From positions 1 to 52,238 of the forward strand of contig JARGFH010000023.1 of the NCBI GenBank assembly GCA_029210695.1: DNA of 52,238 bases. Direction: 5' to 3'. Positions within the stretch are counted from its first letter, which is position 1, and each line of letters begins with the position of its first letter. Below the pieces are notes generated by a model that was not told the DNA's origin, did no database searches, and saw nothing but the letters and a program-made list of their open reading frames with translations. This document shows, piece by piece, positions 9,385-19,133 of the stretch. A program made the translations under genes and the position numbers. Origin of the DNA: Acidimicrobiia bacterium. GTDB lineage: Bacteria; Actinomycetota; Acidimicrobiia; Spongiisociales; JAHEDJ01.

Positions 9385-9480
9385 GAGCCATGAGCTGCCG
9401 GCGATGGGCCGCGTGCCGCGAACCGTGAGCAATTGGCAGTAGGAAATAGCGAAATCGGCAATTGGCATTTGGCTCCGAAC
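9385..9480. repeat. Degenerate heptamer array
   Basis: gagccat gagctgc ... gggccgc gtgccgc gaaccgt gagcaat tggcagt ... cggcaat tggcatt. Same unit types as the arrays at 32368-32498. Confidence 0.55.
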
Positions 9481-9546
9481 CGCGCGCAAACGGACGGCTC
9501 AATCCCAAAGCCCAGAGGCCCAATGCTTGAGGCTACGATCAGGCCG

Positions 9547-10347
9547 ATGGAGCAATCGCGTCCCCTGTGGCTTCGTTGCATCGACTGGGTGACCACTATT
9601 CCGATGGTGGTCGCGTTTGGAACGACCCTGGTCCTCGGTGACATCTGCGCTCGCATCGCCCGTCTCTTCAGCCTCCGGGCCATGGAGATCGCGGTCGGCG
9701 CAGCCCAGCGTGTCCTGATTTGGACGTTCCGCATTTCGGGCGTCCGGCTGACAGTGGAACGAGACCCGGCGGTGCTCGCCGGACGCGGCTACATATTCCT
9801 CTCGAACCACCAGAGCCTGTTCGACGTCCCGATCTTCGGCGGATTGCTGTTCTCGAACTATCCGAAATATGTGGCGAAGATCGAACTAGCCAAATGGATC
9901 CCGCTGATCTCGTTCAATCTAAAACGGGGTGGCAACGTGATCATCGATCGGGGGAACAGGATCGACTCGGTCCGCGCCATCGCCGCCTTCGCCGCCACCT
10001 GCCAGCAGCGGGATGTCTCCGCGGTGATCTTCCCCGAGGGAACGCGGTCGCGCGATGGCGCACTCAAGGACTTCCGCAAAGCCGGCACGGCGGTCCTACT
10101 CGACGCAGCACCCACCTTGCCGGTGGTGCCGACGACGATCGACGGATCCTGGCGGCTGTTGATCAACAAGATGTTCCCCATCCCATTCGGGACCAAGGTG
10201 CGGGTGCGATTCGGCGTCCCGATCGAGAGACGGGCCGACGACGCCGGGACCATGCTCGACGTGGCTCGTTCCGAGATCGCGCGAACACTCGATGAATGGA
10301 GAGCGGACCCTCTCCGACCAAACCCCGGTGGAGAAGGCCCCCCATAG
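9547..10347 (+). CDS. 1-acyl-sn-glycerol-3-phosphate acyltransferase (PlsC family)
   Basis: NHQSLFD (HxxxxD) and IFPEGTRS. Start ATG 9547 with TACGAT 7 nt upstream. Confidence 0.92.
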   Translation: MEQSRPLWLRCIDWVTTIPMVVAFGTTLVLGDICARIARLFSLRAMEIAVGAAQRVLIWTFRISGVRLTVERDPAVLAGRGYIFLSNHQSLFDVPIFGGLLFSNYPKYVAKIELAKWIPLISFNLKRGGNVIIDRGNRIDSVRAIAAFAATCQQRDVSAVIFPEGTRSRDGALKDFRKAGTAVLLDAAPTLPVVPTTIDGSWRLLINKMFPIPFGTKVRVRFGVPIERRADDAGTMLDVARSEIARTLDEWRADPLRPNPGGEGPP

Positions 10348-10362
10348 TATGGTTGGAAGGTC

Positions 10363-10905
10363 ATGGGAGAGGCGATGGGGTCCAGGGTGGATATCGTTGG
10401 AACGCGATTCACAACCATTTTTCTGCTTGCTCTCGTCGTGCTCGGCGTTCAGCATGCGGCCGGAGCCGACGATTGCGAAACGAGCAACACCTTCCTCCTA
10501 GCCGACGGTCACATAGCCGCAGCCGCTACGACGGGATCGGCACCCACAGTCATCGAGATGGGCGGCCCATCCGAGTATTGGTACCAGCTGACGGACGACT
10601 CCTGGACAGTGACGATGCTGCAACTCGTCTTTGCCGAAACATCGACAGATGGCATCGATATCGGCGGGGGTCGTGTGATCCTCACTCCGCCTCCGACCGG
10701 CACCTTTGAGGCGAACGTCGCAGAAGCAATTTTCTGCCTCGCCGGGCCGGGCGAGGCTCCGGAAACCACCGGGTCGATTGAGGTTCTCCCCTTCACCGGC
10801 ACACAACTGCCCTACGGACCGGCTACGTTGACCGCCCTATGCCTCATCATCGGAGGCGGCGCGATCGGAATCGTCGACAGGAGTAACCGGGCCGGCCATG
10901 GCTGA
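10363..10905 (+). CDS. Secreted protein with C-terminal LPXTG-like sorting signal
   Basis: Hydrophobic signal segment ending AAGA. LPFTG at 10786-10800 followed by a hydrophobic stretch and an Arg-containing tail. Exact start uncertain. Confidence 0.65.
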   Translation: MGEAMGSRVDIVGTRFTTIFLLALVVLGVQHAAGADDCETSNTFLLADGHIAAAATTGSAPTVIEMGGPSEYWYQLTDDSWTVTMLQLVFAETSTDGIDIGGGRVILTPPPTGTFEANVAEAIFCLAGPGEAPETTGSIEVLPFTGTQLPYGPATLTALCLIIGGGAIGIVDRSNRAGHG

Positions 10906-11166
10906 TCGATCAGCGGTTAGCATCCCCGCCTCGTCTTGTTCCGAGATGAGCCGCTCAGAACGAATCTCCTCTATCACATGCTCGACCTCGGGTTCGAGCA
11001 TTGCTGCCACCTCCATGGCTGCCATACCGCCGGCGCCTCTCGGCATCCGTTTTGTCCGATAGAAGATCCACCCCCGATCCTCCATCCATACCGCAACCCG
11101 GTGCACTCCATACGCAGCGCAGGCAACTCCGACCACGACCATCGAGATGACCAGCAGGGCTTCCAT
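10837..11166 (-). CDS. Small membrane-anchored hypothetical protein
   Basis: N-terminal TM helix, WMEDRGWIFYR motif, acidic tail. 69-bp convergent overlap with the previous gene. Confidence 0.65.
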   Translation of the reverse strand: MEALLVISMVVVGVACAAYGVHRVAVWMEDRGWIFYRTKRMPRGAGGMAAMEVAAMLEPEVEHVIEEIRSERLISEQDEAGMLTADRSAMAGPVTPVDDSDRAASDDEA

Positions 11167-11194
11167 TGGTTCATGCTCTCACATGAGGAACGCG

Positions 11195-11226
11195 AAGGGG
11201 CCCCGGTATCGCTACCGGGACCCCTT
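11195..11226 (-). terminator. Stem-loop terminator downstream of tmRNA
   Basis: AAGGGGCCCCGGTA-tcgc-TACCGGGACCCCTT, a 14-bp stem with one G-U on the minus strand, 16 nt past the tmRNA CCA. Confidence 0.75.
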
Positions 11227-11242
11227 GCACTAGGTCGGCTAC

Positions 11243-11600
11243 TGGTGGAGGTGCGGGGAGTTGAACCCCGGTCCGCTGAATCATCGGCGCCGGCATCTCC
11301 GAGCGCAGCCTTCAGCAAGCATTCGGAACAGTGGGACTCTGATGGCTAGTTTCCCTCTGCCCTATCCGGAGTTGGTCTTAGCCCCTCAGTCCCGGAATCC
11401 CTCGGGGAGCATCCTGTATTGCGACGCCTGGATCCGGCGGGACAGGAACCCTCCGGGCAGACGAGCTGCGTTTAGTTACGCAGCCAGGGCGAAGTTATCT
11501 TCGGCACCTATTGGTGTTTCCCGGCTCTTTAACGAGGACTCCGGGGACCTCGGCTCGCTTCCGGCGCCTCAACATTCAACGTCGAAACCGTTTCACCCCC
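11243..11600 (-). ncRNA. ssrA: tmRNA; tag reading frame AEDNFALAA* at 11505..11476
   Basis: 5' GGGGGTGAAACGGTTTCGAC. 3' T-arm GGTTCAACTCC and CACCTCCACCA with a G3-U70 alanine identity pair. AATAGGT-GCC resume context. Adjacent to smpB. Confidence 0.97.
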
Positions 11601-11624
11601 AATTGGGTTGTCCACCGATAGTGA

Positions 11625-11650
11625 CAACGATAACGGGGCGCACGTATTCC
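11625..11650 (-). promoter_or_regulatory. Putative SigR/SigH-type ECF promoter for ssrA
   Basis: GGAAT-N17-GTTG, 24 nt upstream of the mature tmRNA 5' end. Confidence 0.55.
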
Positions 11651-11804
11651 ACAAGGTGGAGTTCGAAGTTCCAGGTTTTGGTTCGGCCCGCCTCGAAGAC
11701 CCGAGGGTGCGAGTGCACCTTGCGTCGTCTTTGCCCACGGGCTTTCCAAAATTGCGGTAGCCCTCGATCTCGGGGGTGTGGCGATCTTCACCGTTGCGGC
11801 CACC

Positions 11805-12257
11805 TCACTGCCTCCCTCGATGGCGCAGAGCACGATCCATTTCTCGCTTCTGCTCTTTCGCCTTGAGCGACTGCCGCTTGTCGTACGCCCGTTTGCCCCG
11901 CCCCAGACCCAGTTCGGCTTTCGCCTTTCCCTCCTTGAAGTAGATGCGGAGGGGGATCAAGGTGAGGCCCTTCTCAGCCAGCTTGGCAGACACCCTGTCG
12001 ATCTCGCGTCGGTGCAACAAGAGCTTCCGGTCTCGTTCGGGTTCATGGCCGCCCAGCCTGGAGAATGCGTAGGGGGCGATATGGCACCCGACCAGCCACA
12101 ACTCACCTCCCCTGACGGTGACGTAGGAGTCCTTCAGATTCACTTGTCCGTCCCGCAGGCTCTTCACCTCGGAACCGACCAGAACGATCCCTGCCTCAAA
12201 GGTTTCGAGGATCTCGTGGTCGTAACGGGCACGACGGTTGGTGGTGACTACCTTCAT
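11805..12257 (-). CDS. smpB: SsrA-binding protein SmpB
   Basis: NRRARYDH, EAGIVLVGSEVKSLR, RKLLLHRREI, GRGKRAYDKR. Confidence 0.98.
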   Translation of the reverse strand: MKVVTTNRRARYDHEILETFEAGIVLVGSEVKSLRDGQVNLKDSYVTVRGGELWLVGCHIAPYAFSRLGGHEPERDRKLLLHRREIDRVSAKLAEKGLTLIPLRIYFKEGKAKAELGLGRGKRAYDKRQSLKAKEQKREMDRALRHRGRQ

Positions 12258-13450
12258 CAACCGCTGAGGTAGCCCATCGGATTGACCGGGGTCCCGAATT
12301 CACGGGTCTCGAAGTGAAGATGGGGACCCGTCGAGTAGCCGGTCGATCCGACGTACCCGATGGTATCGCCCTCGCTCACCGACTGACCGACGCCGACCGC
12401 CAGCGAACTCTGGTGGGCATAGAGAGTGGCCAAACCGCCGCCGTGGTCGATGACTACGGCATTGCCGTAGCCTCCGTACCAGCTCGCCAGAATGACAACA
12501 CCACTACCGGCGGCACCGATCGGGACGCCGCTGCCGACCGAGATGTCGATGCCGGTGTGGAGTTTCCGGACACCCGAGATCGGATGGATCCGGTATCCGA
12601 ATCCCGAAGAAACCGATCCGCTGACCGGCCAGCGGAGGGCACCAACCTTCTCGCCGCCGGTCGACTGCGCTGCCCGAATCGCAGCTTCCATGGCGGCCTG
12701 TTCTCGCTCGAGAGCGGTCAGCTCTCCTTCAACCTCGTTGATGTCCGACTGGATCTCCGCCAGAAGTTCCTTGACCGAATCCAGCTCGACCGCGACCTCG
12801 GCTTCTTTCTCTTCCAGAAGCGTGCGGTCGGCCACGAGTGCAACCCGCTCCGTCTCCAACTTCGCCAGGATTTCCTTCGTCCGCTCCTTATTGGCCTCGA
12901 TCTGCTCCTGCTGTAGTTCCTCTTGATGCTCGAGCACCTCCAGGCGGCGAATCAGGGCCTCCGAATCTTCGATCACCTGACCGGCGTATTCCAGACCGAC
13001 GGTGACATCGGCCATCTCGTCCACGGCCAGCAAGACCCCACCGACGTTCAGCGATCGGGACATATAGAGGTCCACAGCCCGCTCCTGAACTATCTCTCTC
13101 GTCTGGCGAGTCTCGAGCTGAGTTCTGGCGATCTGTGCCTCGAGATTCGACAAGGAAGTCTCGAGATCGGCGAGTTCGGATTCCTGATTGGCGATGTCGA
13201 GTTCTTTGGTATCGACCCGTGCCTGAACCTCGGCGATCTGCCCTTGCAGTTCGGAGAGCCTGGCCGCAACCGCAGCCACAGCGGAAGCGCGCTGGTCCTT
13301 GATCTCCTTCTGTGCTTTGATCTGGCTATTGAGCTGATTGATCTCCTTCTCGATCTCGCTCAGCTTCTGCTCATTCGACTGCGCGCCGACCGGCACCGCC
13401 AGGGCCAGCATCAGGAGCATCGCAATCGGGATCATCAATCGTCGCATCAC
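12257..13450 (-). CDS. Coiled-coil M23 peptidase (EnvC/CwlO-like FtsEX partner)
   Basis: Signal peptide, long coiled coil, HTGIDI (HxxxD), STGPHLHFE (HxH). Directly downstream of ftsX. Confidence 0.92.
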   Translation of the reverse strand: MMRRLMIPIAMLLMLALAVPVGAQSNEQKLSEIEKEINQLNSQIKAQKEIKDQRASAVAAVAARLSELQGQIAEVQARVDTKELDIANQESELADLETSLSNLEAQIARTQLETRQTREIVQERAVDLYMSRSLNVGGVLLAVDEMADVTVGLEYAGQVIEDSEALIRRLEVLEHQEELQQEQIEANKERTKEILAKLETERVALVADRTLLEEKEAEVAVELDSVKELLAEIQSDINEVEGELTALEREQAAMEAAIRAAQSTGGEKVGALRWPVSGSVSSGFGYRIHPISGVRKLHTGIDISVGSGVPIGAAGSGVVILASWYGGYGNAVVIDHGGGLATLYAHQSSLAVGVGQSVSEGDTIGYVGSTGYSTGPHLHFETREFGTPVNPMGYLSG

Positions 13451-13451
13451 A

Positions 13452-14339
13452 TCACTCTCTCAGGTACCTGCGAAGGCCGAGCGCCGAGCCCAGGAATCCG
13501 GCCAGGGCACCGAACAAGAGGAAGAGAATCGTCCATCGCCAGAAGAAGGAGTCGGCAACCTGGAAGTCAAACAAACCGATGGTGTCGTCGATGCTCTCCA
13601 AACGGGTCCGCGCAAAGAACACCATCACGACGGCAAAAAACGCACCACCGAAACCCTGAAGCATGCCCTCGAGGAGGAACGGGACACGTATGAACCAGTT
13701 CGAAGCACCGACCAGCTTCATGATGCCGATCTCCTCACGGCGCGCATAGATAGCCATTCTGATCGTGTTTGAGATCAGCACCACCGCCGAAGCCCCCTGG
13801 ACTATGGCCAGCACGACTCCGATCATGTTGAGAACGTTGCTGAGATCAGCCAGTTGCTCGATGCTCTCTCCGGGTGATGTCACTTCCTTGACCACCGGCT
13901 GGTCGATGAGTCGCAGCTGTATCGCCCGGTACTGCTCGATGTCGTTGAGTTTGATGCGAATCGAGGCCGGGAGAATGGCCGGATTGACGTTTTCGAGCAT
14001 CGCCGGGTTGGAGGCGAACATCTCCTGGAACTCCTGGTATGCCTCCGCCTTGCCGACGAAGGTCGCGGTGTCGACCTCCTCCCAGTCGTTGACCTGGTCG
14101 AGCAATCCCATCTGTGCTTCGAAGGTCACACCGTCGCGCACCTCGTCCTTCAACCAGACGATCACATGGACGCCGTCCTGCCATTGCAGGGTGTTCGACT
14201 TGACGAGCTCATTCAGCACCAGCGCGCTGAAGGCGAGCGTCAGCGAAACGAACACCGCCAGAATCGCGCCGACCACGACGAGGGCATTGCGACCCATGTT
14301 GACGAACGCCTCGCGCAGGAGATAGGTGATCCGGCTCAC
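13452..14339 (-). CDS. ftsX: Cell division permease FtsX
   Basis: [37 protein letters not shown]. Confidence 0.96.
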   Translation of the reverse strand: MSRITYLLREAFVNMGRNALVVVGAILAVFVSLTLAFSALVLNELVKSNTLQWQDGVHVIVWLKDEVRDGVTFEAQMGLLDQVNDWEEVDTATFVGKAEAYQEFQEMFASNPAMLENVNPAILPASIRIKLNDIEQYRAIQLRLIDQPVVKEVTSPGESIEQLADLSNVLNMIGVVLAIVQGASAVVLISNTIRMAIYARREEIGIMKLVGASNWFIRVPFLLEGMLQGFGGAFFAVVMVFFARTRLESIDDTIGLFDFQVADSFFWRWTILFLLFGALAGFLGSALGLRRYLRE

Positions 14340-15136
14340 GATTCGGTCTCCTCAGAGGAATCGGTGTCGGACTCGGCGGCGCTGTGTTGTTCGGCCAGTT
14401 GGGTGAGATCGGCGACGACGTCTTCCACCGGCGGCAAGGCCACCTGCACCTCCGCGATGTGCTCATACCGTCCGCTCGACTGATCCCGCACGATTCGGCC
14501 GGCTTCCAGCTGAACAACGCGCCGTCTCATCGCGTCGACGATCGCATGATCGTGGGTTGCCATGACGATCGTGGTACCGGTTCGATTGATTCGGTCGAGC
14601 AGTCGCATGATCCCGACACTCGTGGCCGGATCGAGGTTTCCGGTCGGCTCATCTGCCAGCATGATTGGTGGTCGGTTCACGAATGCTCTGGCGATGGACA
14701 CACGTTGCTGCTCGCCGCCCGAGAGCTGTTTCGGTTTGCGCTCAGCCTTGTCGTCGAGCCCGACCAGTTCAAGGACCTGTCCCACCTGGCGCTGGATCAC
14801 AGAACGGGGACGGCCCAGCACCTCGAGAGCGAAAGCCACGTTCTCTGCCACCGTCTTGTTGGGAAGCAGTTTGAAGTCCTGAAACACGGTGCCGATCGAG
14901 CGCCGCAGGAACGGCACTTTCCAGGACGGCATCTTGGTGACATCCTTGCCCGCCACCCAGATGGATCCACGGGTTACATCGTCCTGACGGAGCATCAGTC
15001 GAATGAGGGTCGACTTCCCGGAACCCGAAGGGCCGACGAGAAAGACGAACTCGCCTTTCGGTACGTTGAGGGTTGCGTCGCGGACGGCAACGGAGCCACC
15101 CTCGTAGACCTTCGTGACGTCTTGAAGTCGGATCAT
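14336..15136 (-). CDS. ftsE: Cell division ATP-binding protein FtsE
   Basis: [42 protein letters not shown]. Confidence 0.97.
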   Translation of the reverse strand: MIRLQDVTKVYEGGSVAVRDATLNVPKGEFVFLVGPSGSGKSTLIRLMLRQDDVTRGSIWVAGKDVTKMPSWKVPFLRRSIGTVFQDFKLLPNKTVAENVAFALEVLGRPRSVIQRQVGQVLELVGLDDKAERKPKQLSGGEQQRVSIARAFVNRPPIMLADEPTGNLDPATSVGIMRLLDRINRTGTTIVMATHDHAIVDAMRRRVVQLEAGRIVRDQSSGRYEHIAEVQVALPPVEDVVADLTQLAEQHSAAESDTDSSEETES

Positions 15137-15254
15137 CTGAAAAACTCCGGGGTTGCGCGCCGGGCGCGGAAAATCCCACTAGATACCTGGACCCCTACTC
15201 CATCCCGCCAACGGCAGATTACCAAGGGGTCAACTGAAAGCGAATCAATGTAGG

Positions 15255-16374
15255 TCAAGTTGACGCCTCCTGCCGCGCCCGTCGCCAGTGCAGGTATGCC
15301 TCAACCAGGCCACGCAAGTCACCATCGAGAACACCCTGGATATTGCCGATCTCGACATCGGTACGAAGATCCTTGACCATCTGGTACGGCTGCATCACAT
15401 AGGAACGAAGTTGGCGCCCCCATGCTGCTTCGGTTTGCTCGCCACGGATCTCATCCATCTGGTCCCGCTGCTCCTGGCGGGCGAGGTCTGCCAGGCGCGA
15501 TTTGAGGAGGGCCATCGCTCTAGCCCGGTTCTGGATCTGGGACCGCTCCGCCTGGCAAGCCGCCACAGTGTTGGTCGGAAGGTGGGTGATGCGCACCGCC
15601 GAATCCGTGGTGTTCACATGTTGCCCCCCTGCCCCTTGCGACCGGAACGTGTCGATGCGCAAATCGTCCGGGTTGATCTCGATCTCAATGGTGTCGTCGA
15701 CCTCAGGGATGACATCGATCGCGGCAAACGAAGTGTGGCGCCTGGAATTAGCGTCGAATGGACTGATTCGCACCAAACGATGAACTCCTCGCTCGCCTTC
15801 CATGGTCCCGTAGGCATAGTCGCCGTGGACGGTGAACGTGGCGGACTTGATGCCCGCCTCCTCACCGGGGTTGATCTCGTCCACTTCAACCGCGAACCCC
15901 TCATCATCGAGGAAGCGGAGGTACATGCGCAGCAGCATCTCCGCCCAATCCTGAGCGTCGACGCCCCCCGCCCCGGCGTGCACAGAAACGATGGCGCCGG
16001 CGTCGTCGTACTCCTCGAAATACAGCGACTCCACTTCAAGTTTGGCCAGCTCCGTATCGACCGCTTCGATTTCCTTAGAAACCTCGGCGATTGCACTGTT
16101 GTCCGACTCGTCTTCTGCCATCTCGAGCAGGAGTTCGCCGTCCTCGATCGCGCCGTCCAGGCGCTCGAACTGACCGATCAATCGTTCAAAGCGTGCCAGT
16201 CGCCGCGTTGTCTCCCTGGCCGCGTTCGGGTCATCCCAAAGTTCCGGCGACGCGGCGCGTGTTCTCAGGGTGTCGAGTTCCCGTTCTTTTGACTCGAGGT
16301 CAAAGGAACCTCCTGGCATCGTCGAGCCGGGAACGCAGATCGTTGAGCGCGGCGCGTGGGTCGGTGATATTCAT
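15255..16374 (-). CDS. prfB: Peptide chain release factor 2, with programmed +1 frameshift
   Basis: SPF and GGQ motifs. ATG 16374 opens MNITDPRAALNDLRSRLDDARRFL, then CTT-TGA-C, continuing in the +1 frame as DLESKERE. Confidence 0.96.
16299..16314 (-). promoter_or_regulatory. prfB frameshift cassette
   Basis: AGGAGG-TTC-CTT-TGA-C: internal SD 3 nt before the slippery CUU-UGA-C. Confidence 0.93.
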
Positions 16375-16434
16375 GAGTGGTCAGATGGTAATCAGTCGCC
16401 AGGAGCAGCAGGAACGCGTCCGATCAGTTCCGAG

Positions 16435-19080
16435 CTAGCTCCCGGTCGCGGCAGCAGCGCCGTGGCACTTCTTGTACTTCTTGCCGGAGCCACACGGGCA
16501 CGGGTCGTTCCGTCCAATCTTGTCCGAGTAGGCCTGCGCCCCGCTCGCGGACGTCGAAGATCCACCGCCGGAAGTCGCCACCTGGACCTTCGGCTTTTCC
16601 TCCTGTTTGGCGATCTGCGCATGGAAGAGGTACCGCACCGAGTCGCGCTTGATGGCGTCGACCATCTCGGAAAACATGTCATATCCCTCGCGCTGATACT
16701 CGACCAGCGGATCGCGCTGTCCCATTGCGCGCAGTCCGATTCCGGCCCGCAGATAGTCCATTTCGGCGAGGTGCTCGCGCCACTTGTTGTCGATGATCGA
16801 CAAGATCACGTTGCGTTCGATCTGCCGAAGTACCTCCTGGCCAAATTCCTCTTCGCGCTGCTCATACACCGCTTGCGCTTCGTTGAGCGTCGCCTCCACG
16901 ACATCGATCACCGAGATACCTCCCGGCCTGTCCACCTTGTCTCGAGTGAGCTCGGTCGGATACAGAACTGAGAGATCCGAAGCGAGCACGTCCCAGTCCC
17001 ATTCGGAAGGAGAGCTCTGATCCCTGATGATCGATTGGACCGTCTCCGCCAAGATCTCGTCGATCCACTCCTGAGCCAGCTCCGCGCTGGCGCTGCCTTC
17101 GAGGATCCCGGACCGCCATTCGTAGATCACCTGGCGTTGTTTGTTCATCACTTCGTCGTACTTGAGAACGTTCTTTCTGATCTCGAAGTTCTGCGACTCC
17201 ACCTGTCCCTGCGCTCGTTCAATGGAGCGGCTGACCATCTTGGCCTCGATCGGCATGTCCTCGGGCATCCGCAGCCGTTCCATGATCGAAGAGACGCGTT
17301 CACCCTGGAACCGCCGCATGAGCTCGTCCTCGAGCGAGAGATAGAAACGAGACTCGCCCGGGTCTCCTTGCCTGCCCGACCGCCCGCGCAACTGGTTATC
17401 GATCCGCCGAGATTCGTGGCGCTCGGTTCCAACGACATAGAGGCCGCCGGCATCGACCACGGTGCGATAGCCGTCCTCCAGGTCCGCCTGAAAACGGGCA
17501 AAGGCCTCGTCGTATGCCTCCTTGTATTCGAGCGATCCGGGTAGCAAGCCCCTCCGTTTCATTTCACCTTTGGCCAACCCATCCGCGTTGCCACCGAGGA
17601 GGATGTCCACCCCGCGACCTGCCATGTTGGTTGCTACGGTCACCGCACCAACCCGACCGGCCTGCGCAATGATCTCGGCTTCTCGAGCATGGTGTTTGGC
17701 GTTCAGCACCTCGTGTTTCACGCCTCGCTTCCGGAGCATCGTCGACAACCGTTCGCTCCGCTCAATGGAAACAGTTCCGACCAGCGTCGGCTGCCCGCGC
17801 TCGCTGCGCTCTGTGATGTCATCGATGACGGCGTTGAACTTCGCATCTTCCGTCTTGTAGACCAGATCCGGCTGATCGGTTCGGTCGATCGGTTGGTTTG
17901 TCGGTATCTCGACAACCTGGAGTCCGTAGATTTCGGCGAACTCAGCTGCTTCGGTCTTGGCCGTTCCGGTCATCCCGGACAGCTTGTCGTACATCCGGAA
18001 GTAATTCTGAAGTGTGATCGTTGCGAGAGTCTGGTTCTCCTCTTTGATCTTCACGCCCTCTTTGGCTTCGATCGCCTGATGAAGCCCTTCGGAGTAGCGG
18101 CGGCCGTCAAGTACCCGTCCGGTGAATTCGTCGACGATCTTGACTTCGCCGTTGTCAACGAGGTAGTCAACGTCCGTGCGGTAGAGAACCTTGGCCTTCA
18201 GCGCGACGTCGAGATGGTGGACGAGATCGACCGCCGCGAAGTCGTACATGTTCTCAACACCGAGGATCTCCTCAACACGGGAAACGCCCTCTTCGGTGGT
18301 TATTACCTGACGCTTTGCCTCATCGATTTCGTAATGCTCATCGACGCGGAGCCTGTCTACGATCCTGGCGAAGTCGCGGTAGTAACGCGCCGTATCGGCC
18401 ACCCGCCCGGAGATGATCAGGGGGGTCCGCGCTTCGTCAACAAGGATCGAGTCGACCTCGTCCACAATGGCGTAGTGGTGCCCGCGTTTGACCATCTGAG
18501 CTACCTGCATCGCCATGTTGTCGCGCAGGTAATCGAAGCCGAATTCGTTATTCGTCCCGTAGGTGATGTCCGCCGCATAGGCCGGCCGGCGCTCAGCGGG
18601 AGTCATGGCAGACTGAATGAGGCCAACCTCGAGACCGAGGAACCGGTGCACGCCACCCATCCACTCGGCGTCGCGTGAGGCCAGATAATCGTTCACCGTC
18701 ACGACGTGAACGCCTTCGCCCCCCAATCCATTCAGGTAGGAAGGGAGTGTGGCAACGAGCGTCTTCCCTTCACCCGTCTTCATCTCGGCAATCATGCCGC
18801 GATGAAGGGCACCGCCGCCGATCACCTGGACGTCGAACGGTCGCATGCCCAGCACCCGCCTGGCGGCCTCACGCACAACTGCGAAGGCCTCCACCTCGAT
18901 ATCGTCGAGCGAGGCACCGTTGGCCAGGCGATTGCGAAAGTCGGGCGTCTTAGATTGCAGCTCGGCATCGCCGAGCGCTTCGACCATCGGTTCGAGATCG
19001 GTGACGGCCGCCGTCAGGGCTTCGAGTTCGGTGAAGGCCTTGCCTTCGCCGACGCGAAGTATCTTGCTGAGAATGGACAT
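16435..19080 (-). CDS. secA: Preprotein translocase ATPase SecA
   Basis: [41 protein letters not shown]-terminal SEC-C motif [18 protein letters not shown]. Confidence 0.99.
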   Translation of the reverse strand: MSILSKILRVGEGKAFTELEALTAAVTDLEPMVEALGDAELQSKTPDFRNRLANGASLDDIEVEAFAVVREAARRVLGMRPFDVQVIGGGALHRGMIAEMKTGEGKTLVATLPSYLNGLGGEGVHVVTVNDYLASRDAEWMGGVHRFLGLEVGLIQSAMTPAERRPAYAADITYGTNNEFGFDYLRDNMAMQVAQMVKRGHHYAIVDEVDSILVDEARTPLIISGRVADTARYYRDFARIVDRLRVDEHYEIDEAKRQVITTEEGVSRVEEILGVENMYDFAAVDLVHHLDVALKAKVLYRTDVDYLVDNGEVKIVDEFTGRVLDGRRYSEGLHQAIEAKEGVKIKEENQTLATITLQNYFRMYDKLSGMTGTAKTEAAEFAEIYGLQVVEIPTNQPIDRTDQPDLVYKTEDAKFNAVIDDITERSERGQPTLVGTVSIERSERLSTMLRKRGVKHEVLNAKHHAREAEIIAQAGRVGAVTVATNMAGRGVDILLGGNADGLAKGEMKRRGLLPGSLEYKEAYDEAFARFQADLEDGYRTVVDAGGLYVVGTERHESRRIDNQLRGRSGRQGDPGESRFYLSLEDELMRRFQGERVSSIMERLRMPEDMPIEAKMVSRSIERAQGQVESQNFEIRKNVLKYDEVMNKQRQVIYEWRSGILEGSASAELAQEWIDEILAETVQSIIRDQSSPSEWDWDVLASDLSVLYPTELTRDKVDRPGGISVIDVVEATLNEAQAVYEQREEEFGQEVLRQIERNVILSIIDNKWREHLAEMDYLRAGIGLRAMGQRDPLVEYQREGYDMFSEMVDAIKRDSVRYLFHAQIAKQEEKPKVQVATSGGGSSTSASGAQAYSDKIGRNDPCPCGSGKKYKKCHGAAAATGS

Positions 19081-19133
19081 GAGGGCCCAATCTTATCGGC
19101 GGCTGGAGGTACTGAGTCCGGCCGGCCTGATAT

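Noticed and set aside
2767..11242. Genomic island integrated at the tmRNA 3' end
   Set aside because: No integrase, no duplicated ssrA 3' end seen, and the genes look like ordinary host genes.
11680..11745. c-di-GMP-I riboswitch-like words on the minus strand (GGCAAA, GACGCAA, GGGTCT)
   Set aside because: Only 3 nt between GGCAAA and GACGCAA, so the GNRA-capped stem is missing. The downstream gene is tmRNA. A cmsearch against RF01051 would settle it.
11261..11866. 201-aa ORF over the ssrA region
   Set aside because: Antisense to tmRNA and smpB, with no protein-like features.
16300..16302. prfB pseudogene (in-frame TGA)
   Set aside because: Matches the canonical programmed frameshift with internal SD.
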